From Thermoproteota archaeon (GTDB lineage Archaea; Korarchaeota; Korarchaeia; Korarchaeales; Korarchaeaceae), in assembly GCA_015522685.1 (NCBI GenBank), contig WALU01000009.1, forward strand, positions 1 to 51,290: a DNA stretch of 51,290 nt. Reading direction: 5' to 3'. The notes under the pieces are model-generated. The model saw only the letters and a program-made list of their open reading frames with translations. It was not told the DNA's origin and searched no databases. How positions within the stretch are numbered: the first letter of the stretch is position 1; every line of letters begins with the position of its first letter. Below, piece after piece: positions 28,598 to 38,802 of the stretch. A program made the position numbers and the translations under genes.

Positions 28598-29992
28598 ATG
28601 AATGGAAATTCCTTTGATGATGCTATCTCAGAGATAAAAAGGAAGATTGGGAAGAAAAAAGTGCTTATAGAGCCGGGAGATCTCTATGCCTACTCCCTTG
28701 ATGCAAGCACTGAGAGAAGGGAGGCCCCAGGAGCGATTGTTAGGACATATGCAGATGAGGATGTTATAACCACACTGAAAGTTGCTGATGAAAAGCGTAT
28801 ACCGGTCATACCTAGAGGCGGAGGGACTTCCCTTACAGGAGCTTCTATTCCAGTGGTTCCCAAGTCAATAGTTCTAGATCTCACGCCGATGGATGATATC
28901 CAAGTGAATATAGATGATGGTTATGCAATGGCAGAGGCTGGAGCAACAGTTCTTCAGGTAGACCAAGCATGTAGAAACGAGGGATTCTTCTTTCCACCGG
29001 ATCCCGCTAGCTCCAGATACGCTACCATTGGAGGAGCATTAGCTGAGAATGCTGGTGGATTAAGAGGAGCCAAATTTGGGGTCATGAAGAACTGGGTTCT
29101 GGCAATGGAAGTAGTTATACCGGGAGGTAAAAAGCTCAGGATAGGAGAGCCCGTACTTAAATGGAGATGGGGACCTGATCTAATTTCCCTATTCATAGGC
29201 TCCGAAGGAACTCTCGGCGTCATAACTAGGGCTTGGCTTAGGATCTATCCATTGCCTGAAAAGGTAGTTAGAATAATGGGTGTATTCAATAAGTTAGAGG
29301 ACGCTGGAAGGGCTATCTCAGAGATAAGGAGAAGAGGTTACTTGCCCATGATGCTAGAACTTTTAGATAAGGAGACTGTTGATATAGTTGAAGAGGTGTT
29401 AGGCTATAAGTTTCCAAAAGGAGAAGCGATGGTAATCGTCGATGTTGATGGACCTATCGAAGCCGTGTGGAGATTGGCAAGGCAAGTTGAGAATGTTATG
29501 AAAGAGAATAGAGGAAAAACAGAGACCAGTGATGATCCGGAGAAGATGAAGAATCTTTATTTAGCGAGACAGGGAGCTTATGCTGCTGTAACGAGAGCTT
29601 ACCCAAGTGTCCTCCACGAAGATATAACAGTCCCCTTATCAAAGCTTGTAGATGCTTTGAGGGAGCTTGACAACCTTAGGAGGAAATATGGATTGAGAAT
29701 GCCTGTCTTCGGACATGCAGGTGATGGAAATCTCCACCCCGATATATGCTTTGATCCGTCAGATAAGGCACAGGCTAGAAAGGCTAAGGAGATGTTCAAA
29801 AAGGTCGGAGAATTAGCAGTAAGGTTAGGAGGGGCGGTAAGTGGGGAGCATGGTATAGGTTTCGTCAAGAAGGAGATCTTTTTAGAAGAGATAAAATCTG
29901 TAAGAGGAGAGAACTATCTAGAGCTTGTGAGAAAAGTAAAGAGAGTACTAGACCCTAATGGTATAATGAATCCAGGAAAATTGTGGTTCTAA
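28598..29992 (+). CDS. FAD-linked oxidase, GlcD / D-lactate dehydrogenase family
   Basis: PRGGGTSLTG, FFPPDPAS, GSEGTLG, GHAGDGNLH, SGEHGIG and DPNGIMNPGK motifs. Start moved from 28508 to ATG 28598, which follows GAGGTAGGTG. Confidence 0.92.
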   Translation: MNGNSFDDAISEIKRKIGKKKVLIEPGDLYAYSLDASTERREAPGAIVRTYADEDVITTLKVADEKRIPVIPRGGGTSLTGASIPVVPKSIVLDLTPMDDIQVNIDDGYAMAEAGATVLQVDQACRNEGFFFPPDPASSRYATIGGALAENAGGLRGAKFGVMKNWVLAMEVVIPGGKKLRIGEPVLKWRWGPDLISLFIGSEGTLGVITRAWLRIYPLPEKVVRIMGVFNKLEDAGRAISEIRRRGYLPMMLELLDKETVDIVEEVLGYKFPKGEAMVIVDVDGPIEAVWRLARQVENVMKENRGKTETSDDPEKMKNLYLARQGAYAAVTRAYPSVLHEDITVPLSKLVDALRELDNLRRKYGLRMPVFGHAGDGNLHPDICFDPSDKAQARKAKEMFKKVGELAVRLGGAVSGEHGIGFVKKEIFLEEIKSVRGENYLELVRKVKRVLDPNGIMNPGKLWF

Positions 29993-30016
29993 TGAACACA
30001 ACGCTCTAAAATAAAA

Positions 30017-31390
30017 TCATTCCTTTAAGGGCTTTTCCTTCAGAGGTATTATCTCCTCCTTTGGGGCTGCTTCAAATATCTTCAAATATTTCCTGAGGAT
30101 CTTAGGTATCTTAACGGTGCCATCTTCCCTTTGATGATTCTCTAAAATAGCGCAGATCGTCCTAGTGGTTGCTAAAGCCGTACTATTCAGTGTGTGAACA
30201 AACTCCCTCCTACCTTTTCTATCCAACTTTATCCTTAGCCTGTAACTCTGCCAATCAACACAGTTGCTGCAGCTCACCAGCTCTCTGTATCTCCCTTGAG
30301 CGGGAAACCATGCCTCAAGATCATATTTCTTCGCTGCAGGTGCTCCAAGATCTCCTGCGGCAATATTTACAATTCTATAAGGTATCTCAAGGGCCTGGTA
30401 TAATTCTTCAGCATTTTTTATCAGCCTTTCATGCCATTCCCAGCTCTCTTCTGGCTTAGAATAGACTACTTGTTCCACCTTATTAAACTGATGAACTCTG
30501 AATATCCCTTTAGTGTCCTTTCCATGAGTTCCTGCTTCCTTCCTGAAGCAGGGGCTCACACCGACATATAGTCTGGGAAGTTCTTCCTCTCTGAATGTAT
30601 CTCCAGCGTGCATCGCTATTAAGGGATGCTCTGATGTAGCTATAAGGTAAAGATCTTCTCCTTCTATCTTGTATATGCTGTCCTCAAAAGTTTCTAGATC
30701 CGTCACGCCAAGGTAGTACTTCCTTCTTAGCATGTAAGGAGGTATCACGGGTATGAACCCCTTGCTTGTAATGTGATCCAATGCAAACATTATCAGAGCA
30801 TGTTCAAGCCATACAATATCTTTAAATAGATAAAAGAATCTTTTTCCAGATAAATCTGCAGCTTTTATTGTATCCCCTTGCCTAAGAATGATTTCGAGCT
30901 GGTCTGCATGACCCTTTGGTTCCCAATCTAAGATCATATGCTCTACGTCGAACCCCTTAGTCTCTTCCCTAAATTTATCCAGTTTACTTCTTAGCACCTT
31001 GGGAATCCCCCAAAATCTTATTGGGACATTATACGTCTCGTCTGGTCCTTCTGGTACACTTTCATGAATTATTGAAGGCAGCGAGGCTAATATTCTATCC
31101 CTCTCCTCAGATAGAGTTTTCATGGTATTTTCAAGGTTCTTAATCTTAATGCCCAGTCCCTTGGATTCATCAATTAGCTTTTCCCTTTCTTCGTTCTTCG
31201 ATTTAGGTATCTCCTTATTTATCTCGTTTCTCCTCTCTCTTAACTTGTTTATCCTAGTGATTGCTTCTCTCCATCTAATATCTAGTTCTAGGGCTCTATC
31301 TACTAACTTTGTTGGTTTATACCTTTTCTTTAGGCTGTCTCGAAGCAGATCTGGATTTTCTCTTAGAGCTTTCAGTGATGACCAAGCCAT
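30017..31390 (-). CDS. serS: Seryl-tRNA synthetase
   Basis: Coiled-coil N-terminus; IATSEHP, FRKEAG, FRVHQFNKVE, KYDLEAW and ELVSCSNC motifs. Confidence 0.97.
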   Translation of the reverse strand: MAWSSLKALRENPDLLRDSLKKRYKPTKLVDRALELDIRWREAITRINKLRERRNEINKEIPKSKNEEREKLIDESKGLGIKIKNLENTMKTLSEERDRILASLPSIIHESVPEGPDETYNVPIRFWGIPKVLRSKLDKFREETKGFDVEHMILDWEPKGHADQLEIILRQGDTIKAADLSGKRFFYLFKDIVWLEHALIMFALDHITSKGFIPVIPPYMLRRKYYLGVTDLETFEDSIYKIEGEDLYLIATSEHPLIAMHAGDTFREEELPRLYVGVSPCFRKEAGTHGKDTKGIFRVHQFNKVEQVVYSKPEESWEWHERLIKNAEELYQALEIPYRIVNIAAGDLGAPAAKKYDLEAWFPAQGRYRELVSCSNCVDWQSYRLRIKLDRKGRREFVHTLNSTALATTRTICAILENHQREDGTVKIPKILRKYLKIFEAAPKEEIIPLKEKPLKE

Positions 31391-31454
31391 GTGACATCTA
31401 AGCTTCTTATATTATATCCTAATAATTTTTGCCTAAAGATGTAAAGAGAGAGGA

Positions 31455-31832
31455 TTATTTGATGTAGAGCGCTATAAATCCCCCTACTGCTCCTATAATA
31501 GCACCAACGACTAGACCAATTACTATTGCATTCAGCAAGATGAAAGAGGAGTATACAGCAGGCATCGGGACTATCGTACTCCATGTGAAGATATCTATTA
31601 TTATGCCTATGATAGCTACTATCAGGCCCATCATACCTCCTCTCTTAATGGATTCTATTTGATCCTTTGGAATATCTCCGAAATATATAGAGAAGTATGA
31701 GTAAAGAAAGCCGCCAGTTAAGGGACCTAAGGCTCCTATTGCCGGTATTATATCTATTATAAACCCAATTATTAGAGACATAATGAAATAATTTTCTTTC
31801 TTAATGAATGAGAGAGATTCAGCTAATGTCAT
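31455..31832 (-). CDS. Small four-TM membrane protein (DUF5518-like)
   Basis: Gly-rich TM segments: LGPLTGG, GAIIGAVGGFI. Confidence 0.55.
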   Translation of the reverse strand: MTLAESLSFIKKENYFIMSLIIGFIIDIIPAIGALGPLTGGFLYSYFSIYFGDIPKDQIESIKRGGMMGLIVAIIGIIIDIFTWSTIVPMPAVYSSFILLNAIVIGLVVGAIIGAVGGFIALYIK

Positions 31833-31981
31833 TCTATATCACCAGTCCAGATGAGAATCCTTGGATATAGTAGTTACCTATGTCATATTATTTAAATGAT
31901 TCTCTCGGATACTCCACCAAAAATGAAGATGTATGTATTGATTTTTTATTTATAGCTGGAAGTCTGTTCAATGAAACGAAA

Positions 31982-33679
31982 ATGCATTGGAGAAGAAAAC
32001 CGCCGTCTGGGCTTTATAAGCTTCTGGTAAAGTGGGTCACTATATCCACTCTGATTGGTATTATAACTGGAGCTTTAGTCTCTTTGTTAGAGCTTTCTGT
32101 GTTAGATGTATCCGAGTTTGCATTAAGGAGAGTTGCTGAGAGCGGTTATTTCTGGTTAGTACCTATAGTACCTCTCATTGGTTTAATGATCACAGGCATT
32201 TTGAGGGATAAGTGTACAAAGATACCTAGCCTACATGGAACAGAAGAGGTTCTCGATGCTTATCATTACAGAGATGGGGATTTAGTACTCAGGGATTCGA
32301 TACCCAAAACGATAGGTTCTGTTCTTACTATAGGATCTGGAGGAAGCGCTGGATTGGAGGGACCAAGCATACACATCGGAGGCGCTGTGGGAGTGGGCAT
32401 TAGAAGACTTCTGAAGAGACTTGGTATCGAGGAGGATGGGAGGGTACTACTACTTACAGGGGCAGCTTCAGGCATAGGTGCCATATTCAAGGCCCCTCTG
32501 ACGGGGCTCATGTTCTCCCTTGAGGTTCCTTACAAGGATGATATGGCCCATCAAGCAGTAATTCCAGCTCTTATATCTTCAGTAGTCTCCTATTTAACTT
32601 TAGTTTCAATTGTAGGTCCAGAACCGATTTTCAAGCATTTCAAACCTTTCGGTGAGGTCAATTTATATATCTTATCTATAGGATTGGTTGAGGGTCTTGT
32701 TATAGGAGCTGCATCTGTTCTCTTTGTTAAGCTTGTTCATATTGTAGAGAGAATTTTAGAGAGTAAAAGCTTCACTGTAAGGGGAATTATAGGAGGTATT
32801 TCCCTAGGAGCTTTGGCGATCCCTACCTTCTTCTCAACTGGGACTTTATACCCCTTTGGGCTTAGCTACGATTTAGTTAGACTCTCATTTAAGGGGGGGA
32901 ATTCTGCCTTTTTCTTAGGGATGGCTATTTTAAAAATGATAGCTACAGCAATAACCCTTGGAACAGCTGGTATAGGAGGTGTATTTATACCATCAATAGT
33001 AATAGGATCCTCCTTAGGCTCTTCCTTTAGCATAATCAATCCAAAGGATACAAGCCTCTTTGTAGCTATAGGAATGTCTGCCTTTCTATCGGCTGCATTT
33101 AAGACTCCTCTAACAGCTGTAACATTTGCAGCAGAGACAACCGGTTCAGAGGCTTACATAATTCCTGGATTGGTAGCTTCTGCTGTAGCTTACATAATAT
33201 CAGGCAAGCATTCCTTACCCAAAAATCAGAAGATAGTAGAAACTACTAAGATAGAGGAATTGGAGGGAACTAAAGTTAAGGAGCTGATGACACTCCCCCC
33301 TCCAGCTCTGATATGCGATACGACGGTAAAGGAATTCTTCAATAAGGTATTCCTCAAGCATAGGGAATATTTCATATTCCCAGTTAAATCAAGGAAAGGG
33401 AAGTTCGTTGGAGTAGTTGCCTTGAGGGATATAAATAAGCTACCACCTTCTAAATGGGATAAGGTTAAGCTCATAGATATAGTAAGAGAAGTAGAATTTC
33501 TGAAGCCCGATGACAACCTCATGACCGCTCTAGATAAAATGTATGAGTTTAGGGTTCTATGCATGCCTGTGATGGATCCAAAAACGAGGAAAGTTATAGG
33601 GATGATCTCAGCAGATTCCATAGCTATGCTCCTAGAACAAAAGAGAAAGCTAAAGAGAGCGGCTCTCTTCTTCAGATAG
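31982..33679 (+). CDS. ClC-family chloride channel/antiporter with CBS pair
   Basis: GGSAGLEGP, IFKAP, FSLE, GGVFIP and FKTP motifs; C-terminal CBS domains. Start uncertain (track gives 31880). Confidence 0.92.
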   Translation: MHWRRKPPSGLYKLLVKWVTISTLIGIITGALVSLLELSVLDVSEFALRRVAESGYFWLVPIVPLIGLMITGILRDKCTKIPSLHGTEEVLDAYHYRDGDLVLRDSIPKTIGSVLTIGSGGSAGLEGPSIHIGGAVGVGIRRLLKRLGIEEDGRVLLLTGAASGIGAIFKAPLTGLMFSLEVPYKDDMAHQAVIPALISSVVSYLTLVSIVGPEPIFKHFKPFGEVNLYILSIGLVEGLVIGAASVLFVKLVHIVERILESKSFTVRGIIGGISLGALAIPTFFSTGTLYPFGLSYDLVRLSFKGGNSAFFLGMAILKMIATAITLGTAGIGGVFIPSIVIGSSLGSSFSIINPKDTSLFVAIGMSAFLSAAFKTPLTAVTFAAETTGSEAYIIPGLVASAVAYIISGKHSLPKNQKIVETTKIEELEGTKVKELMTLPPPALICDTTVKEFFNKVFLKHREYFIFPVKSRKGKFVGVVALRDINKLPPSKWDKVKLIDIVREVEFLKPDDNLMTALDKMYEFRVLCMPVMDPKTRKVIGMISADSIAMLLEQKRKLKRAALFFR

Positions 33680-35098
33680 CTCCTCTATTCTCCATTTTGT
33701 CCCTTGAGGCGTGTCTTGTATTTCCACTCCTGTTTCCCTTAGTCTTGCTCTTATCTCATCAGCTAGCTCATATTCTCTTCTTTTCCTAAGTAAGGACCTA
33801 ATTCCTATTAGTATTGTTATCAGGTTGTTCAGCATAGAGATATCTGTTCCTCCTTTTATTCTCAGCCCTAGGATGTTTAAGAGATCATTGTAAGTAGAAG
33901 CTAAACTAAGCTTTCCTCCCTCAGTTATAAGGCCATGACCGTCGGCATATGCGTTAACAAGTTTCATCATCTCAAAAAGATCTGCTAACGCCTGAGCAGT
34001 ATTTATATCATCCTTCATAGAGTTAAAGAAATTCTCCTTAAGTTCTCCTATCTTTTTTATTAGCTTTAACTCACCTTCACTCGCTTCATCTGTTATATCC
34101 ATTTCTAGGAGATTATTATAACTATTTACTATTCTATCGAAGTTATTCTTCGCTTGATCCACTAGATCCCACCTGAAATCTATTGGAGAGCGATAATGCC
34201 TCGATAATAGAAATATCCTGAGGACATTAGCATCATATCTCTCCAATGCATCCCTTATGGTCACGAAGTTCCCGAGAGACTTGGACATCTTCTCTCCCTC
34301 AACTGTGAGGAGACCTGTGTGAACCCAGTATCTTACGAAAGGTTTAACTCCAGTGAAGCTCTCTGCTTGAGCAATCTCGGCCTCATGATGGGGGAAGGAC
34401 AGCTCTATAGCCCCTCCATGAATGTCATACTGCTTCCCAAAATGTTTCAGAGTTATAGCTGTATCCTCTATATGCCATCCAGGCCTTCCATAACCCCATG
34501 GAGACTTCCATCCAAATTCGTCTCTGGGCCTCGCCCTCCATAAGGCAAAATCTCCTGGATTCCTCTTTGTTAGATCTGGTTCTATCCTATGAACCCTGAG
34601 TTCCTCTGGTTTCTGACCAGACAGCTTCCCATAATCTGAGAAGGCTGTTATATCAAAGTAGACTCCAGTTTCAGTTACATAGGCATATCTGTTCCTTAGA
34701 AGTCCTTCTATCTGTTCAAAGATCTCAGGGAGGTAGTCCGATGCTCTAGCGTACAGATTCACGCTTGTGATGTTCAAGACTTTCATATCCTCATAATAAT
34801 GCTGTTCAAATTCCCTAGCCAGTTCCAATGGATGCTTCCCTTCCTCTTTAGCTCTGTTGACTATCTTATCATCGACGTCGGTTATGTTCTGTAGGTAAAA
34901 AACCGAGTAGCCTGCCCTTCTGAGAAACCTAGCCAAAGTATCGTAGAATACATAGGTCCTTGCATGCCCTAAGTGAGAGTAATCGTATACAGTAGGGCCG
35001 CAGACAAACATGAACACTCTTTTGCCATATAAAGGCTTGAATTCTTCCAAGGAACGAGAAAGTGTGTTATATACCTTTATCTCAGCAAAGATAGTCAC
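33650..35098 (-). CDS. cysS: Cysteinyl-tRNA synthetase
   Basis: CGPTVYD, HLGH, GRPGWHIE, HGG, FPHHE and KMSKS motifs. Confidence 0.97.
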   Translation of the reverse strand: MTIFAEIKVYNTLSRSLEEFKPLYGKRVFMFVCGPTVYDYSHLGHARTYVFYDTLARFLRRAGYSVFYLQNITDVDDKIVNRAKEEGKHPLELAREFEQHYYEDMKVLNITSVNLYARASDYLPEIFEQIEGLLRNRYAYVTETGVYFDITAFSDYGKLSGQKPEELRVHRIEPDLTKRNPGDFALWRARPRDEFGWKSPWGYGRPGWHIEDTAITLKHFGKQYDIHGGAIELSFPHHEAEIAQAESFTGVKPFVRYWVHTGLLTVEGEKMSKSLGNFVTIRDALERYDANVLRIFLLSRHYRSPIDFRWDLVDQAKNNFDRIVNSYNNLLEMDITDEASEGELKLIKKIGELKENFFNSMKDDINTAQALADLFEMMKLVNAYADGHGLITEGGKLSLASTYNDLLNILGLRIKGGTDISMLNNLITILIGIRSLLRKRREYELADEIRARLRETGVEIQDTPQGTKWRIEELSEEESRSL

Positions 35099-35225
35099 CC
35101 ATATTCAGCACCGTTTCATTGCTACATTTGTAAATTAAAAAGTTAGCAATCTATAGAGTGAATTGAATAGCCATATTGGAGAGATCTTAATAAAGGAGGT
35201 CCTAGGGATCTAGCTTGAGATATGT

Positions 35226-36022
35226 ATGTTTAGGGTAGAAAGTCAAAGAGAGTGGGAAGATCTAGTACTTAGAGGCCTTAAAGAAGAGCTTTGGGCATTG
35301 GAAGTCGCTGCTGAGATGTCTCTTGATGTGATCGAGGAGCCCGAAAAGCTAAAAATGAAGTTAGAGATTTCTTTTCCCACCTAGTTTGACTAGCTGATAA
35401 TTGCGAATCGCTGGTTTCTTAGGTAACGAAACCATCTTGTGCTAAGCTTAAGGAGAGGTTTATTAAACCTAGAGTCCTGCCTAGGAGGATGAACTTATCA
35501 ATACCCGATCTCGTACTCTTAAGAAGGATGTTTAACTCTATTCCAGTCCTCTAGAGGAGTCCATATGAGGAAGTTCTAGGAATGGCTCCCCACTCTCATA
35601 TCATTTTATCCAGTTCTAAGTAAGCGAATTCCAACCTTAATATAATGGTTCTTAAATCCTCGCAGTTGTTCAAGGCTTAGATGTGACTAGTAAGGATATA
35701 GGTCTTCTCTCCCCAGGAGTGACCCTCAATACTATAGAAGAGATTTATCAGGAATCTTCTGGTAGAGAAGAGATGAGGATAGAATTGTTTGGAGATAAGA
35801 AGAGGTCATGTTTTTACTATATATTATCTTCTCGATGAAAGACCTATTCCTATAGAGATATTCACGACTACTCTCTTAGAAGATCTATCACCGATGTTTG
35901 AAGGGCATATAACAGAAATTATAAGGTAGAGTGTAAAATTCCTCTCACTATCTGTGGAAGCTTATATGTTGCTTGAGGTAGCTAGGGGATTGAGATCTCT
36001 ATTGAAAGATTTAGGGGAGTAA
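35226..36022 (+). pseudogene. Decayed two-gene module: unknown protein followed by a nucleotidyltransferase-like gene
   Basis: First fragment MFRVESQREWEDLVLRGLKEE.... The second starts at ATG 35565 after GAGGAG and contains GS*ILAVVQGLDVTSKDIGLL (degenerate G-S...DxD), IPIEIF and LSVEAYMLLEV. Many stops. Confidence 0.4.
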
Positions 36023-36122
36023 TAATTGACTGAGAACGTGTGGAAGATTTAACAATAAAGTTAAATTTAGAGGAAAAACTTAGAAAATTGAAGGAGATTG
36101 TTCAAAGCTAGTCTATATGCAT

Positions 36123-36575
36123 TTAAGGCTTACTTGGTGGATAACTGTTTGTATTTTCATAGTACCACAGGAGGGTTTCTCCTTTGGAGACAACATATTT
36201 ATCGGCTGCCACTGGACCAAGGATCCATCCGGAACGCCCAGCCCAGTACCACCACATCCAATAATAAGGTTTCTTATTTTCAATGCCGTTAATTGAATTC
36301 ACGAAAGAGCCGGACGGGTAGGTCGTGTAGTTCACGTTAGCTGCAATCTTAGTTACATCAAGTAACGTGTTTCCCTTTATCACTTTAGTGTCATTATGCC
36401 AGAAAATCGTGCCATTCTTGCATTTGAATCCTATATTTACTGTTATTCCCTGCTTACTTTTGACTATCTTTATTTGCTGATTAATTTCATTAATCCATAG
36501 AGCTGTAGCAGCTATTGCCCATATCAAGAACAGGACAGAAAGTACTTTCCATCCCTTCTCACTCATTAACATCAC
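36123..36575 (-). CDS. DUF4430 (transcobalamin C-terminal-like) membrane-anchored protein
   Basis: GSFVNSINGI, YWMWWY and GPVAADKY motifs; N-terminal TM. Confidence 0.8.
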   Translation of the reverse strand: MMLMSEKGWKVLSVLFLIWAIAATALWINEINQQIKIVKSKQGITVNIGFKCKNGTIFWHNDTKVIKGNTLLDVTKIAANVNYTTYPSGSFVNSINGIENKKPYYWMWWYWAGRSGWILGPVAADKYVVSKGETLLWYYENTNSYPPSKP

Positions 36576-36637
36576 CTTGGATGGATTATCCGTCCATAAT
36601 CTATTTAATAAATATATGCTAGTGTTACTGGATCGAA

Positions 36638-37252
36638 TTGGAGATCCTAGATAAACTCAAATCTGCGCTGGAAAGAATGCCTGGACCTACTCCAAGCTTC
36701 AGCCTAGTACACGCCGTCTTGATGCTTCTAGTCTTAGAAAATGAATCAGTAGGGAGGAAAAGACTATCATCCATGGTGGACATTGGAGAGGGAAGTACTA
36801 GAAGCCTAATCAAACGTCTAAGGGAAATAGGATTGGTAAATGCGGATAGAAGTGGCTGCTTTTTAACTGAAAGGGGTAAAGAAGCAGTTAGAAAAATTAG
36901 AAGGGTAATGGTTGGTCCTGAGAAGCTTAGGTTGAGCATGATTAGCGATGAGGCATATGTCATGCTCATCAGAGGATTGAGGAGTAAGATAAATGTCTTA
37001 GAGATGAGGGATGAGGCCGTTAGGGTGGGAGGTAGAGGAGCTATAATACTAGTTAGGTCAGGCAATGCGATATTGTTTCCAGAGACAGGAGAGCCCCTGT
37101 CTAAGTACCATCCAGAGGATGAGGAAGTCATAATGGGGCTATCTCCATTAGAAGGAGATATCATTGTTATAGGAATAGGCAACGATCTAAAGGGATCTAG
37201 GACCGCTTCCATTGCAGCTTCTTTGAAGGCCTTGGAATATGCTCATGGCTAG
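36638..37252 (+). CDS. Winged-HTH protein with DUF4443-like C-terminal domain
   Basis: VGRKRLS..IGEGSTRSLIKRL...GCFLTERG; MRDEAVRVGGRGA. Confidence 0.75.
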   Translation: MEILDKLKSALERMPGPTPSFSLVHAVLMLLVLENESVGRKRLSSMVDIGEGSTRSLIKRLREIGLVNADRSGCFLTERGKEAVRKIRRVMVGPEKLRLSMISDEAYVMLIRGLRSKINVLEMRDEAVRVGGRGAIILVRSGNAILFPETGEPLSKYHPEDEEVIMGLSPLEGDIIVIGIGNDLKGSRTASIAASLKALEYAHG

Positions 37253-37308
37253 TTATATACTCAATGTCCCAATGCGCAACTTTCTTTATGTTCTCTAACG
37301 AAAAATAA

Positions 37309-38187
37309 TTGATCGCTATGAGAGATCTCCAGGAGCTTGTGGGTAATACCCCTATTTTGGAAGTAGAGGAGAATATTTTATTTAAGCTTGAGTATATAAA
37401 TCCAAGCGGGAGTCATAAGGACAGAATGGCCTTATCCATGCTTCTCGATTTAATAGATAGGAAGGGAGAAGATGGCGCCATAGTCGAAGCTACAAGTGGG
37501 AGCACTGGTGTTGCGCTTTCCCTTTACGGTAATCTAATGAGATTCAATGTCTACATAACAGCTAAGGAAGAGACGAGCCCTGTGAAGATATCTCTAATGA
37601 GAAAACTTGGAAGTAATGTGATGCTCTGCCCTGACGTCCCACCTGATGATCCAAGAAGTATCCACTCAGTAGCTAAGAGGATAGCCAAGGAGAAAGGAGC
37701 TTACTTCTTGGAGCAGGATTCAAATCCTGCTAATCCTAAAGGACAAGAAACTATGGCAGATGAAATAATGAAACAAGTTAAGCATGTAGATATATTTGTA
37801 ATGGGCGTAGGGACCGGAGGGACCGTAACGGGAGTTGCTAGAAAGCTAAAGAAGGAATTTGGAACTAGAATAATAGCCGTTACTCCAGAAGGATCTGCTC
37901 TGGCGAAGAAATTCGGGCTAAGTGGCGAGTTTAAGGGAGATATAGAAGGATATGGAGCCTTTGATATACCTGAAAACCTCGATCTGTCGCTGGTCGACGA
38001 GGTTTATGCCGTTAGTCCTCAGGAAGCAATGAATTGGACCTCTAAATTGGTTTCTAAGGGAGTCTTAGGAGGAATGTCATCGGGCGCTCATTACAAGGCA
38101 GCCCGATATGCCCGTGAGAAGTATGGAGGGACTGTGATCACTGTAGCAGCAGATCACGTTTTATTCCACCCCAGGCTGCTAGGATAA
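37309..38187 (+). CDS. PLP-dependent cysteine synthase / cystathionine beta-synthase family enzyme
   Basis: VGNTP, KLEYINPSGSHKDR, EATSG, GVGTGGT and GMSSGA motifs. Confidence 0.9.
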   Translation: MIAMRDLQELVGNTPILEVEENILFKLEYINPSGSHKDRMALSMLLDLIDRKGEDGAIVEATSGSTGVALSLYGNLMRFNVYITAKEETSPVKISLMRKLGSNVMLCPDVPPDDPRSIHSVAKRIAKEKGAYFLEQDSNPANPKGQETMADEIMKQVKHVDIFVMGVGTGGTVTGVARKLKKEFGTRIIAVTPEGSALAKKFGLSGEFKGDIEGYGAFDIPENLDLSLVDEVYAVSPQEAMNWTSKLVSKGVLGGMSSGAHYKAARYAREKYGGTVITVAADHVLFHPRLLG

Positions 38188-38267
38188 TTCGGAATATTTC
38201 AAACTTTTTCTCACATATTTTTATCCTTCAATTGGATAAAATCTTATGGAAGTTTATTCATTTTTTC

Positions 38268-38564
38268 TTATAGTGATTTTATGTAGCTCTCATAGTGGTC
38301 GGTTACTTTTACTATCCTAATGTTAAGGAAAAATTCTTCCTTCAAAGCAAATCTGTAGATGATTTCCAGAGCTACTACTATTATCATTATCTCAGCCATC
38401 GGAGCTCTCCAAATGAGTAGATCTAATATAAGTAAGAAGAGAGCTCCCACAATAATCAGGGACAATGGAATCATAGCACCTGGGAGGAAGATTTCGGTAA
38501 CAGTTCGCTTGACATTTACCATAAAGATGCCAAGGCAGTAGCAATGAAGGAAGGCCACGAGCAT
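38268..38564 (-). CDS. Hypothetical membrane protein (possibly a remnant)
   Basis: Three hydrophobic segments; GAGGGGG precedes the ATG; no recognisable motif. Confidence 0.35.
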   Translation of the reverse strand: MLVAFLHCYCLGIFMVNVKRTVTEIFLPGAMIPLSLIIVGALFLLILDLLIWRAPMAEIMIIVVALEIIYRFALKEEFFLNIRIVKVTDHYESYIKSL

Positions 38565-38802
38565 AGCCCCCTCGCTTGGAGGATATGTTCAATCTTCTAG
38601 CATACCAGACAAAGGAGATTATACTACCTTAGAGGTTCCAAGAGAGAGATTAAGCTAAACTCTCGTCATTAAAGTCTCTAGACAAGCTGGAGAAAGAGGA
38701 GTTCAATATGATCGATCTTACAAATAACATTATAGACATGGATGCCAGTTATTATAGTACTAGTTAATATACTATATCAGTAAGGAAACTAAAGGAGACA
38801 GG

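Noticed and set aside
35700-35830. MRIELFGDK resembles a UvrB segment
   Set aside because: No helicase motifs in flanking frames, and the region is far too short; a chance match is likely.
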